The position numbers and the translations under genes were made by a program. A stretch of DNA of 63,863 bases, the filler included, from Chiloscyllium plagiosum (taxonomy: Eukaryota), in the NCBI RefSeq assembly GCF_004010195.1. It is 7 parts of 7 records of this genome, joined end to end, with 100 filler letters (N's around TTAATTAATTAA, not from the genome) between each part and the next. Parts side by side here need not be neighbours in the genome. Positions count along the whole stretch, not along the records: positions 18,853 to 49,509 come from NC_057757.1; 6 more parts are not named here. One strand, written 5' to 3'. Numbering within the stretch: the first letter of the stretch is position 1; each line of letters opens with the position of its first letter. Positions 34,433 to 47,397 of this stretch are shown piece after piece. The notes beneath the pieces are model-generated. The model made no database searches, was not told the origin of the DNA, and worked only from the letters and a program-made list of their open reading frames with translations.

Positions 34433-35300
34433 CAGGGATGTGGGGAGAAAGCGGGGCAGTGGGATTAATTTGAGATAGGTGCAGGGATGTGGGGAGAGAT
34501 CTGGGTAGTGGGATTAATTTGGAATTTATGCAGGGATATGGGGAGGAAGCCGGGCAGTGGGATTAATTTGGGTTTGATGCAGGACTATGGGAGAGAGTGG
34601 GACAGTGGGTTTAATTTGGGATTGCTACAGAGATGTAGGGAAAGGGTGGGGCAGTGGGATTAATTTGGGATAAATGCAGAGATGTGGAGGGATTGTGGGG
34701 CAGTGGGATTATTTTGGGACAAGTGCAGGGGTGTGCGGAGAGAACTGGGCAGTGGGATTAATCTGGGATTGATACAGAGATGTGGGGAGACTGTGGGGCA
34801 GTGGGATTAGTTTGGGGATTCCTACAGGACTATGGGGCAAGAGCAGGGCAGTGGAATTAATTTGGGATAGATACAGCGATGTGGGTAGAGAGAGGGGCCG
34901 TGAGATTAATTTTGGATTGATGCAGGAATGTGGGGAGATCCTGGGGCAGTGGGATTAATTTGGGATTAATGTGGGGAGAAAGTGGGGCAGTGGGATTAGT
35001 TTGGTGATTGGTACAGGACTATAGGGAGAAAGTGGGGCAGTAGGATTAATTTGGGACAGATGTAGTGATGTGGGGTGAGAGCAAGGCAGTTGGATTAATT
35101 TCGGGATTGATACAGGGCTATGAGAGAGCTCTAGGCAATGGGATTAGTTTGGAATTGATGCAGGGTACAGGAGAGTGTTGGATAGTTGGATGTTTGGGGA
35201 TTGATACAGGGCTGTGGAAGAGTACGGGGTAGGGAAGATTAGGTTAGGATTGATACAGGGCTATGGGGCAAGAGTGGGGCAGTGGGATTAGTTTGGGAAT
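34433..35300 (+). repeat. G-rich minisatellite, ~49-bp unit, ~17-18 copies
   Basis: Recurring gggcagtgggattaatttgggattgatacagggatgtggggagag. Confidence 0.9.
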
Positions 35301-35729
35301 TTTTACATGTAATATCCTCCAATGTTACTGAGCCTATGTTTAAATAGCCTGCTGAGTCTAACAGTTGGGCTGGACCGGGAAATATGTTGCTGTGTTATTT
35401 GATAGCCCCCAGTATCCCGGGATACTGATGTAACTGCTTCAGAATATCCTGAAAATGGGGTCAATGAGTGTTTCTCCATGGACATAGGTTGGTGGGGGAG
35501 GGTGAGGATGCGGGATGGGGTGGGATGTTTATGCTCAGGCCTGCTCCTCGGATGCTGCCTGACCTGTTGTGCTTTTTCAGCGCCACTCTAGTCTAAACTC
35601 TGAGTGTTTCTTGTTTGTGAAGCTGATTAGAAAAGAAGTTGAAATGCTCCTTTTGCAAATGGTGCTGATAATTTCCATTGAGCAGAGATAAATTGGAGAT
35701 GCTTTCTGAACTGTGTAACCACATGAACT

Positions 35730-36285
35730 GCACACACGCACATGCACACACACACACACGCACGCACGCTCACACACACTCATACACATGCATGCATGCA
35801 CTCACACACGCACATACTCACTCATACACATGCACGTACGCACACACACATGCACGCATGCACACACACTCAAACTCACACACATGCGTGCGCACACACA
35901 CATACCATCACACATGCTCACACACTCACACAAACACAAACATACATTCACACACACTCACACATACAAACACACACCCACATTCACACACACACTCTCA
36001 CACACATGCATGAACACACTCACACGTGCACATTGACACACAAACAGACTCACACACACACATTCACACACACTCTCACACAAACACACTCATATGCATA
36101 CACACGCATTGTCACACCCACGTGCACACATACACTTTCACATACTCACACACATGCATGCACACACACACGCATGCTCACACATACACACACACACACA
36201 CTCATGCACATATTCATACACACACTCACACGGACACATAAATTCACACCCAGACATACACAATCACGCACTCGCACACACACAA
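35730..36285. repeat. Degenerate (CA)n microsatellite
   Basis: Visible directly in the sequence. Confidence 0.95.
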
Positions 36286-36639
36286 ACTCGAATTGTTTGA
36301 CCATATTTTTGCATTTATGATCCTTCCCCATATCTAAACAACAATCAGATCTCTCTGACTGTATATCTCTCATCACTTTTGAAGGCAGCTGTGTTGTGGC
36401 AGATGTAAATCTTTTGTGTCTCACTGTCCAGCCGCTGTGTATCAGGAAGTGAGGGGGGGAGGGGGCTGTGTTTGTAATGAGGGGAGATGCTCCCAATTCT
36501 GACTCCGGAACACCATGGTGAAAACTGCTGGCATTGGGAGGCTGTACTGCTGGAGGTGCAGGGAATCATAACGGAACTTTGAGAGATTAGAGCTGCACAA
36601 AGGCACTTCTGTTTGCAGAAAGCTGTAAATGCTGGATAT

Positions 36640-37160
36640 TCTGATTTTATTAATGATTGTCAGATGTACTGAGATACAGTGAAAAGTACGGTGCTAACCA
36701 GGCAAATCATACCTTACTCAAATACATCAGGGTAATAGAATGCAGAATACAATGGTACAGCTGCAGGGAGACAAAGATCAACTCTACTATATGAGAGGTC
36801 TTTTCAAAAGTCTGATAACAACGGGGGAGAACATGTTCTTGAATCTGTTGGTACATGTTTTCAAACTTTTGTACCTTCTACCCAATGGAAGAGAATAGAA
36901 GTGCTTATAACCAGGGTGGGAGGGGTCTTTGATGACGTTAACTGCTTTTCCGAGGCAGTGGGAAGTGTGGATGCAGTCAATGGATGGGAGGCTGGTTTGT
37001 GTTATAAACTGGGCTGGGTCCACAAGTCTGTCATTTCTTCAGGTCTTTGGCAGAGCAGTCGCTATACCAAGCTGTGATGCATCCAGACAGGAGGCAATCT
37101 CTGGTGCACCTGTAAGAATCCTTGCAGGCATGCCGAATTTCTTTAGCTGTCTGAAGAAGT
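36640..37160 (-). mobile_element. Rex1/Babar-type LINE 3' fragment
   Basis: IKDPSHPGYKHFYSLPLGRRYKSLKTCTNRFKNMFSPVVIRLL; related tail at ~41060-41235. Confidence 0.7.
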
Positions 37161-37618
37161 GGAGCATATTTGAAATCACAATGGAAAATACAGCAACATT
37201 TTAACCTCAGAAACCTCCATGGTCAATTTACCATCAGCCTTTAACAGTTCGCAATGAACAGTGGAAAGCTCACATTCTGCAAAGCTCTTTCGTTTTTGCT
37301 AAAAGTTAAACAATATTTTATCATCTGGTTAGAAGTGACACCATTAGTTGCACTGTGACAGAGAATCACGTTTGAGTGTCCTTAAGAGGGCTGTCGAATG
37401 AGTCTTTTGAACATTCTGCAGAGACTATAGTTGCGATTTGCAAAGCCTAGACTAGGCAGAATGAGATCGACTGACTCTTGCTTTGTTGCTGCTGTCTGCT
37501 AACATTGGAAAGATTCGGGGAAACTCACAGGAGAGAAGACCGAGGTAGACATTGAATTGGGGCCTTCAAAATCTCAAAGGGGTTTCCATCGAGTCAATGA
37601 GGAGTTAGACCAGAAGAC

Positions 37619-37945
37619 GGGGAGGTGATGGCCTAATGGCATTTTCACACCAATAACTAATCCAAGTAATTCTCTGGGGACCTGCTTTGAATCCTGCCAC
37701 CAGGAGATGGTGGAATTTGAATTCAATAAAAATCTGGGATTTAAGAGTCTAACCATGACCCATTGCCAAATTTGATTGAAGAAATATCTGACTTACTAAT
37801 ACTGTTTAAGGAAGGAAATCGGCTGTCCTTACCCTGGACCACATGTGACTTGCAGCCCCACGGCAGTGTAGTTGACTTAAATAGAGATGGGCACTAAATA
37901 CTGGCCTGGCCAGTAACATCCATATCCCATGGATGAATGAATTTA
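37619..37945 (+). mobile_element. tRNA-derived SINE (MetaSINE-like)
   Basis: Homologous to 29629-29942. Confidence 0.6.
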
Positions 37946-37964
37946 AAAAAAAGATTAAGACGTG

Positions 37965-38260
37965 GAACAGTAGGGTGGCATGGTGGTTAGCACTGCTGCC
38001 TCACAGCGCCAGGGATCCGGGTTCGATTCCATCCTTGAGTCACTGTCCGTGCGGAATTTGCACATTCTCCCTATGCTTCTGTGGGTTTCCTCCAAAGCTG
38101 TGTAGGTTAGGGTGGATTGGCTGTGCTAAATTGCCCCATTGTGTTAAGAGATGTGTAAGTTAAGTGGCTTTAGCCATGGGAAATGTAAGGCTACAGGGGA
38201 TGGTTTGGTGTGGACTTGTTAGGCTGTATAGCCTGTTCTCACACTATAGGGATTCTATGG
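37965..38260 (+). mobile_element. HE1-type SINE
   Basis: A/B boxes and V-domain. Confidence 0.8.
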
Positions 38261-38419
38261 AGAATTAGGCCATTTGGCCCATCAGCTGTGCTCTGCCATT
38301 TGATCATAACTGCTATGTATCTCAACCTCATTTTTCTCTTTCCAGCTGGCAGGAGGCGTTATTACCTGACAATAGGTTAGAAGTGAGGGGGGAGTGTCCT
38401 TTGTGTATTTTTCTCACTG

Positions 38420-39030
38420 GATGGAGGTGTCTCTGGCTGGGCCCAGCATTTATGGCCCCATCCCTAATTGATCCTTGAGAAGGTGGGGGGGTGAGCTTCC
38501 TAATTGAACCGTTGCAGTCCGTGTGGTGTAGGGAAACCCATTCAGTGCTGTTAGGGAGGGAGTTGCAGAATTCTGACCCAGTGACACTGAAGGAACAGCC
38601 GATATATTTCCAAGTTGGGATGGTGAGTGGCTCAGAGGGTATCTTGCAGGGGCTGGTGTTCCCATGTAATCTTCTGCCCTTGTCATTCTGGATGGAAGAG
38701 ATTGCAGGCTTGTACTGCCAGAGCATCTTTGGTGAGTTATTGCGGTGCATCTTATAGATTCTACTGTTGGTACTGAGCGTCGATGGTGGAGGGAGTAGAT
38801 GTTCGTGGATGTGGTGCCAATCAAGTGGGCATTGCTTTATCCTGGATGATGTCGAGCTTCCTGAGTATTGTTGGAGCTGGCCCCATCCAGGCAAGTGGAG
38901 AGTATTCCCTCACCCTCCTGAGTTGTGCCTTGTCTATAGTGGACAGGCCTTGGGGAGTCAGGAGGTGCAATATTTGTGGAGTCAGGAGGTGAGTTACTCC
39001 CTTCAGTGTTCGGGAGTCAGGAGGTGCATT
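38420..39030 (-). mobile_element. L2/CR1-like LINE 3' fragment
   Basis: Same family as 11275-12385. Confidence 0.7.
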
Positions 39031-39394
39031 GCTGTTTTAAAATTCTAGCCTATGGTTCACAGGGAGAACTCATCTTGAAACACATGCCATATGATCTTGC
39101 CCATCTATTGGAGTTAGCCAGGCCGGACTCTGAATGATTTTGAACTATTGAGAGGCTGTGCTTGTGACTGGATGGGTCTCTTTCCAGCTCCTGGGATGAA
39201 AGCCGAAGCATTGAAGTCCCACTCCAAAGAGCTGAACAGATAAAACAGGCTGACTCCTTACAATACCACACTCACTGTCGAATATGCTGTTTCCCGAGAT
39301 GAGCCTTCATCTGATCCACTTGACTGGCTGTGCTGACATCATGAACAGCAAATGTGTTCTCTCCAGTGTCTTTAATCAGTGGATGAACTGGCAC

Positions 39395-40840
39395 TGGTGC
39401 AGAGGAGGTTCACGAGGTTGATTCCAGAGTTGAGAGGATTGGTAACGAGGAGAGATTGAGCAGACTGGGACTATACTCATTGGAATTTAGGAGAATGAGG
39501 AAGGATCTTGTGGAAACATATAAAATGATGAAGAGAATAGATAAGATAGAAGCAGGAAGTTTGTTTCCACTGGTGGGTGAAACTAGAATGAGGGGGCACA
39601 GCCTCAGAATGAGGGGGAGCAGATTTGGGACTGAGTTGAGGAGGAACATCTACCCCCAAAGGATTGTGAATCTGTGGAATTCCCTGCCCAGTGAAGCAGT
39701 TGAGGCTACCCCGTAGAATGTTTTTAAGGCAAAGACAGACTTTTGAACAGTAAAGGAAGTAAGAGTTATGGCGAGTGGGTGGGTAAGTGGAGCTGAGTTA
39801 TTGAGTCATAGAGATGTACAGCACAGAAACAGACCCTTCGGTCCAACTCGTCCATGCCAACCAGATACCCCAACCCAATTAGATTCCCTACAGTATGGAA
39901 ACAGGCCCTCCAGCCCAACAAGTCCACACTGACCCTCTTAAGAGCAACCCACCCAGACACATTCCCCTACCCCATATTTTTCCCTGACTAATGCACCTAA
40001 CACTATGGGGCAATTTAGCATGGCCAATTCACCTGATCTGCACATCCCACAATTGTGGGAGGAAACCAGAGCAAACCCACACAGACATGGGGCAAATGTG
40101 CAAACTCCACACAGACAGTCACCCAAGGCAGGAATCGAACCTGGGTCCCTGGTACTGTGAGGCAGCAGTCTCTTTTATATCTTTCCCCTCTCACCCTAAA
40201 CCTATGCCCTCTAGTTCTGGACTTCCCCACCCTAGGGAAGAGACTTTGTCTATTTATCCTATCCATGCCCCGCATGATTTTATAAACCTCTATACAGTCA
40301 CCCCTCAGCCTCCGATGCTCCAGGGAAAACAGCCTCAGTTGATTCAACCTCTCCCTGTAGCTCAAATCCTCCAACCCTGGCAACATCCTTGTAAATCTTT
40401 GTTGAACCCTTTCATGTTTCACAACATCCTTCCAATAGGAAGGAGACCAGAATTGCACACAATATTCCAAAAGTGGCCGAACCAATGTCCTGTATAACTG
40501 CAATATGACCTCCCAACTCCTGTACTCAATACTCTGATCAATAAAGGAAAGCATACTGAATGCCTTCTCCACTATCCTGCGACTCCACTTTCAAGAAGCT
40601 ATGAACCTGCACTCCAAGGTCTCTTTGTTCAGCAACACTCTACAAGACCTTACCATTAAGTGTATCAGTCCTGCTAAGATTTGCTTTCCCAAAATGCAGC
40701 ACCTCGCATTTATCTCAATTAGACTCCATCTGCCACTTTTCAGCACATTGGCCAATCTGTTCAAGATCCCACTGTCGTCTGAGGTAAGCTTCTTCGCTGT
40801 CCACTCCGCCTCCAATTTTGGTGTCATCTGCAAACATACT
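39395..40840. mobile_element. CR1 3' end (+, ~39395-39800) and CR1 fragment (-, ~39803-40840) with a nested HE1 SINE (-, ~39878-40168)
   Basis: LYRTLVRPLLEYCVQFWSP and related motifs; SINE reverse complement. Confidence 0.85.
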
Positions 40841-41829
40841 TCATGAAAAAGTATGTTCGTGAAAAAGTGAGTTCGTGAAAAAGTGAGTTCGTGAAAAAGA
40901 TCAATCATGATTTTATTGAATGGTGGAGCAGGCTCAAAGGATCAGATGGTCTGTTCTTGCCTTGTATGTTTTATGTTCATCCCTCAATCCAAAATTGATT
41001 AGATTAGCGGAACTTGCTATGCATAAATTGGGACACAAATTGTGCATTTTTAAATTGATTTGATTTATTGTTGTCACATGTACAAGCTTATTTTGCGAGC
41101 TATCCAGACAAATCATACCTTACATAAGTACGTCGGGGTAATCGAACAGAATGCAGAATATAGGGTTACAGCTGCAGAGAAGGTGCTGAAAATAATATAT
41201 AAGAGGACTGTTCGTAAGTCTAATAACAGTGGGGAAGGATGGAATTCATACTATAAATGAAAAGCCTCTGTTTTGAAACAACATTGGCATCTCTGTGTTT
41301 TGACTGAAATCTTTGAGTGGGGCTTGAACCCGTGACATTCTGACTCAGAGGGTTACAAGTTGAAAGCAGGACGTTCCAGGGAGTGCTCCAGTGGCACTCG
41401 GGGTTTATGATGGACTGGAAAGGCAGTTCCTGGAAACCTCAGTTGCAACATGATGCTGAATCATCCAAAGCACATGAAGTAAAGCTGCAGTCACGCCAGT
41501 CTCCTGTGACTCTCTTGCCCAATAAGTTTTCAGAAGGAAGCAAACATTTTCTGATGTTATGACATCAATTTCCCGTTTCTTTGCTTTCACTTATGAATCT
41601 GGGCATTCTTCCTCAGTCAGTGGTGGGATTCCCAGATTTTCAGAAATGAGGGTAATCAATAATTTGCAGCCCCACTCCTCCCCTCCTCACTCTGTCTCAC
41701 CAGCTCTTCTCTGAGCATGTGATATCGTGCAATTCAACCTTTCTTCTGTCTTTCTCTTTCCCTCCTTCCCTTTCTCTTTTACTGCCTCTCACACAAACAC
41801 TCTTTTTCACTTTCCCAGCAATAGAGACA

Positions 41830-43365
41830 GAGTCATAGAGCCATACTGCACAGAAACAGACCCTTCAGCCCAACTTGGCCTTGCTGACCAGATATCCTAA
41901 ACTAAACAAGCCCCATTTGTGATGATGCTGCTCCTCTAACAAGATTCTGTTGTTTTTAATTTATTTTTCAGGAGGTTGTTAAGACACGTTTGGAGAGAAG
42001 TATGGGTTTTAGGGCCAATTTGATTATAGCTAACAGATACTTCCTCAGGCAAAAAGCTTTTACATTGAAAAAGAACACTTGTACAATGAAAGGGGAGTGA
42101 CCATTTCTCCCAGCTCAGCTTTTCTCTGGTTTGATTTGGTTTTGGCAAGTTGGCTATTCACTGAAATCAGTCAGGCAGTTCGAGGCTACATAGAATTGCT
42201 ACATGGAAGAGGTGTTTTATGCTGCTAACTCTCTCTCTCCTGTAAATTTTTATGTTTGACTTTATCTTTTGTGCCAAGGGGTATTTTTGGGGATTGTTGC
42301 ACGTATTGGGAACAGCATCCTTAAGTTGGTATAATCTGCTGGGTTTTCGGATAGGTTACGTTTTTCTGTACTCTTTTCTCTTTTGCTTGTGCTTAATTCG
42401 GTAATCTTGGAAATAAATGCTGTTTTGTTTAAAACTGAGTGGTTTGACCAGCTGCATCACTCCCTGTTTACACCTACTTAAAACAACTCGCAAAGTTAGG
42501 GTCTGAGCTACTTCTTTGAATGTTTGAGTGGGTCTGGTCTGAGTCCAAACAGCTTTTAGCCCTTATCTCTCTATACCCTTCCTATTCATGTACCCATCCA
42601 GATGCCTTTTGATTGTTGTAATTGTACCAGCCACTTCCTCTGGCAACTTGCTCCATACATGAACCACCCTCTGTGTGAAAAAGTTACTCCTTAGGTCCCT
42701 TTTAAATCTTTCCCCTCTCACCCTAAACCTATGCCCTCTAACGTTTGACTCCCCAACCCTGGGGAAAAGACCTTGACTATTCGCCCTATCCATGCCCCTC
42801 ATGATTTCATAAACCTCTATAAAGTCATCTCTCAGCCTCCGAGGCCACAGGGAAAATAACCCCAGCCTATTCAGTATCTCCCTGTGGCTCAAACCCTCCA
42901 GTACCGGCAACATCCTTGTAAATCTTTTCTCCACCCTCACAAGCTTAACAACATCTTTCCCATAGCAAGGAGACCAGAATTGAATGCAAGTGGCCTAACC
43001 AATATCCTGTAGAGCCATAACATGACCTCCCAACTCCTGTTCTCAATGCACTGACCAATAAAGGCAAGCATATCAAATACCTTCTTCACTATCCTGTTTA
43101 CCTGTGACTCCACCGTCAAGGAACTATGAACCTGCACTCCAAGGTCTCTTTGTTCAGCAACACTCCCCAGGACCCTAACATTAAGTGTATAAGTCCCGCC
43201 CTTGTTTTTATTACCAAAATGCAGCACCTCACATTTATCTAAATTAAAATCTATCTGCCAATCCTCAGACCATCAGATCAAGGTCCCATTGTAGTCAGAG
43301 GTAACCTTCCTCACTCTCCACTAGACCACCAATTTTGGTGACATCTGCAAACTGACTAACCATAT
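41830..43365 (-). mobile_element. CR1 LINE 3' fragment interrupted by an LTR-like insert
   Basis: RFTRMLPVLEGLSHRE...RGHRFRVRGERF. Confidence 0.85.
41918..42551 (+). mobile_element. Probable solo LTR
   Basis: ~630-bp insert with TG...CA ends (tgtgatg...ccaaaca) that splits the LINE tail; AATAAA at ~42412. Confidence 0.5.
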
Positions 43366-44629
43366 TGCCTTGTTATCTAATGAGCAAAGTGTTCTGCATC
43401 TTGTATCTGTTGGAGTTTAGCTGAATGAGAGACCAACCTTACTGTCAGAAGTAAGGTTTTGATGTACCATAGGCCTCTAACATCCCTTTTCCAGAGTCTT
43501 TAAGGTTCAGTCGGTAAACATTCAGCAGTATGGTGCTAATCAAAGGTTTTAAAGATAAATTCACGTGGGAAGGTGGGGTGAGGTGCTGGTGGAGTGGGAA
43601 TGCAACAACAACATCCCGCATTCATGTAGCATGCCAAGATATTTCACAGGAATGATCTCAGCGGACACATCCTCTCATGGGAGAGTTCAGGACCGGGGAC
43701 ACAGTAAAGGAGCACCATTTTAAGCACGAGATAATGAGGAATCTCTTCTCTCAGAGGGTTATAGTATTTGGAACTCATTGCCGCAGAGAGGGGGCCATGG
43801 AGGCAGAGTCCTTGTGTATATTGAAAACTGAAACTGTTAGATTCTTGATCAAGGGTTACGGCAGGAAGATGGATGTGAGGAATTTTGAGTCAGCCATGAT
43901 CCTATCGCATTGCGGCAGAGGCTCAAGGGGATGAATGGCCTGCTGCTGTTCCTATTTCTAATGCTGGTTGATGTTTGTCTCCGAGCCACATAAAGTGGTG
44001 ATGGAGGATGTGGCAAAATATTTGGTTCAGACATTGGTCTTAAGGAGCGATACTGAGATAGAGAGAGAGAGAGAGAGAGAGATAGAGACGGGGAGGGAAT
44101 CCCAGAGGTGGTATCATAACTGAAAAATCTGGGGCTACACGAGACTTCAGAGACAGTTAGATTCCAAGGTAACATGATCAAATCCATTGACCATGGCTTG
44201 AGAGCACTGAGGCTGGAGAACATGTGAGTTCAAATGGTGGCCACTGGCCACTTCCTTCTGGATTTGGGATGTTAAACCGAGGCCCAGTCAATTGGTCATT
44301 GAAGGCCTCTTTTGAACAAGCGAGGTTGGGGTCGGGGGATGACATAATCTCAGTGGCTTGCCTACAGTTTACCATGTACCGCCATGTTCCATTGTCTCTG
44401 ACCCCTGAAAACACAATGCTGAGCCATCCTTGTGAACTGCAGTAGCTAGAGTCGTGGACTTCCTAAAGTCAGGGACCGGTTTCACCTTCCCTTGTAGAGT
44501 CTGAGAGCTCCATACAACTCAGAAAAAAGGCTCACTTCGGCCCACTGAATCCATGCCAATCAAAAAGCAACCATCCAACAATTCTTAATCCCATTTCCCA
44601 GCACTTGGCCCATAGCCTTGTATGCCTTG

Positions 44630-44902
44630 GGGTGGCAACAGTGGTTAGCACTGCTGCCTCACAGCGCCAGGGTCCCAGGTTTGATTCCAGTCTTGTGCAA
44701 CTGTCTGTTTGGAGCTTGCACATTCTGCACAGGTTTCCTCCCACATTCCAAAGATGTGCAGGTCAGGTGAATTGGCCACGCTAAATTGTCCATAGTGTTA
44801 GGTGCATTAGTAAGAGGCGGGTGGGTTACTCTTCAGAGGGTCGGTACAGACTTGTTGGGCTGAAGGGCCTGTTTCTGCGCTGTAGGGACTCTAATCTAAT
44901 CA
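44630..44902 (+). mobile_element. HE1-type SINE
   Basis: A/B boxes, V-domain, taatc tail. Confidence 0.8.
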
Positions 44903-45304
44903 AATGCACATTTCAATGTTTGGAATGTAGACAGTAAAGCACAGGGGCAGGCCCTTTGACCCATTTACTTCTTAAATGTAATGAGGGTTTCAGTCTCTAA
45001 CCACCCCCCCCCCCCCCCCAACCCCCCCTTCCAACTGGTTAGTTTCAGATTCCCAACAGCCCCTCTGGATGAAACCACTTTCCCCATATTCCCTCTAATC
45101 CTCTTGCCCCTTACTTTCAATCTGTGCCCCTTAACATTTTATCCATCTCAATCATGTCCCTGTCTGCTCCAAGAAGCGCAACCTCAGTCCGTCCAAACTC
45201 TCTTCATAACTGAAACTCTTCAGCCCAGCCAACATCCTGGTACATCTGTCCACACAGGGCAACATCCTGGTAACTCTGCTCTGAACACTCTCCAGTGTTT
45301 ATTA

Positions 45305-46195
45305 CAGAGTCATAGAAACGTACAGCGTGGAAACAGACCCTTCGGTCCAACTCGTCCATGCCAACCAGATATCCTAAATTAATCCAGACTCATTTGCCAG
45401 TACTTGGCCCATATCCCTCTAAACCCTTCCTATTCATATACCCATCCAGATGCCTGTTAAATGCTGTAATTGTACCAGCCTCCACCACCTCTTCAGACAG
45501 TTCATTCCATACACGCACCACCCTCTGCATGAAAACATTGCCCCCTCAGGTCCCTTTTAAATATAGATTTGATTTCATACAGTGTGGAAATGGGCCCTTC
45601 GGCCCAACCAGTCCACACCGACCCTCTTGACTAATTGGACCCACAGACCCATTTCCCTCTGACTAATTGACCTAAGACTATGGGGCAATTTAGCATGGCC
45701 AATTCACCTTTGGACTGTGGGAGGAAACCCGCACAAACACAAGAAGAATGTGCAAACTCCACACAGACACCCGAGGCTGGGATTGAAGCTGGGACCCTGG
45801 TGCTGTGAGGCAGCAGTGCTAACTACTGCGCCACTATGCCACCCCTTCCCTCTGACCTTAAACCTGTGCTTTCTGGCATTTGATTCCCTTACCACAGGGA
45901 AAAAGACATTGGCTATTCACCCTGTTCATGTCCCTCATGACTTTATAAAACTCTGTAAGGTGAGTCCTCAGCCTTTGACGTTCTAAGGAAAATATTCCAG
46001 CCTATTCCGCCTCTCCCTGTAGCTCAACCCCTCTAACCCTGGCAACGTCCTTGTAAATGTTTTCTGAATCTTTTAAAGTTTCACAACATTTTTCCTACAG
46101 CAGGGAAGACCAGAATTGTGCACTTAACTTCAAAAGTGGCCTAACCAATGTCCTGTACGGCCACAACATGTTCCCCCAACTCCTGTACTCAATCC
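45305..46195 (-). mobile_element. CR1 3' fragment with a nested HE1 SINE (~45565-45842)
   Basis: Homology to other copies in this window. Confidence 0.8.
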
Positions 46196-46633
46196 GATTC
46201 TCATTGGAAAACTACTTTCATTTAGCGAACCTCTGAACGAACTTCCTCTGAACAGAGAGCTGTTATAAAAGAGGTTGTTGATATGAATCTCCATGTGAGG
46301 AAGTCAGCTGTTACAGTGTGATGCTGTGCAAATCAGGGACTGTTTATATCATCCGGTTTTCAACACTGACAGCTGATTTAAATGTAAACTTGGAATTCAC
46401 TTGCTTTACCAAATGTCACCTGATGCTGAATCATCAGTGAGAGGAAGGAAGTATGGATGTTGCAAATTTATAATAGTTATGTTTTCTCCCAAGCATGAAG
46501 TGACGTGACTCATCTGGATTGGTTACACTCTAGCATCTTAAGTGGGCTATTTAAAGAACAGTTTGCAAAAAAGGCTTCAGAGCAAGTTCTTGAAGGTCAG
46601 AGGTGTTCAATAGGAATTGCTGATTTTGTTTTT

Positions 46634-46890
46634 AGATTAGATTCCCTACAGTGTGGAAACAGGCCCTTCAGCCCATACCAACCCTCCAAACAGTAACCCC
46701 ACTCAGACCCTGAATGATGCATCTAGCACCATAGGCAATTTTAGCATGGAGGCCTGTAGGAGGAAACCGGAGCAAACCCACACAGACACAGGGAGAATGT
46801 GAAAACTCCACACAGACAGCCGCCCGAGGCTGGAATCAAATCTGGGATGCTGGTGCTATGAGGCAGCAGTGCTAACCACTGAGCCACCCT
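46634..46890 (-). mobile_element. HE1-type SINE
   Basis: Reverse complement of the HE1 head and V-domain. Confidence 0.8.
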
Positions 46891-47133
46891 ACTGAACAGA
46901 TCTTGGTAATAAACAAACATGTTTGAATAAGGGCTCAGCATAAAGATGCACACACATGAGAATTTTATTCCAGCCTGTGAAAATAGGTGTAATTTCAGTA
47001 CAATGTCTCCTCTGAAAAACAGCACCTCCAACCTGCATTCACCTATCACTACCTCACCATTCCCCCCCACCCAAAACTCTCCCCCGCCCCACCACCCCCT
47101 CCCTTTATCTGCAGCTCCCCTACCCCCACCCCT

Positions 47134-47168
47134 GGTCCTGAAGAAGGGTTACACCCGAAACGTTGACT
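47134..47168 (+). ncRNA. Minimal type I hammerhead ribozyme-like motif (best-preserved copy)
   Basis: ggtc CTGAAGA a GGGT-tac-ACCC GAAA CG T T gact. Intact core, stem I gtc/gac, palindromic AACGTT. Confidence 0.65.
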
Positions 47169-47397
47169 TCTCCACCTCCTGAAGCTGCCTGTCTTGTTGT
47201 TTTCTTCAAGCCCCCTGCCTGTTTACCTTGGATTCCAGCAACTGCAGCTTTTTTTTGCTCCAACTATGCAACATTCCGTCGCCAATGCACCAGGAAGACC
47301 CAATCTAGAGCTTTGTACACAAGACACTGAATATGGGATTTATACCCCAACCCTCCAGACTAAGAGGTTAGAGTGCAATTAACTGAATGCCAAAGCA

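Noticed and set aside
34433-35300. Class-switch-like region (49-bp G-rich unit as in mammalian S-gamma) or CRISPR array
   Set aside because: Almost no AGCT motifs, not in an IgH segment, resembles a LINE tail, has no unique spacers, and the DNA is eukaryotic.
35577-36496. His/Thr-rich ORFs
   Set aside because: Translations of a degenerate (CA)n microsatellite.
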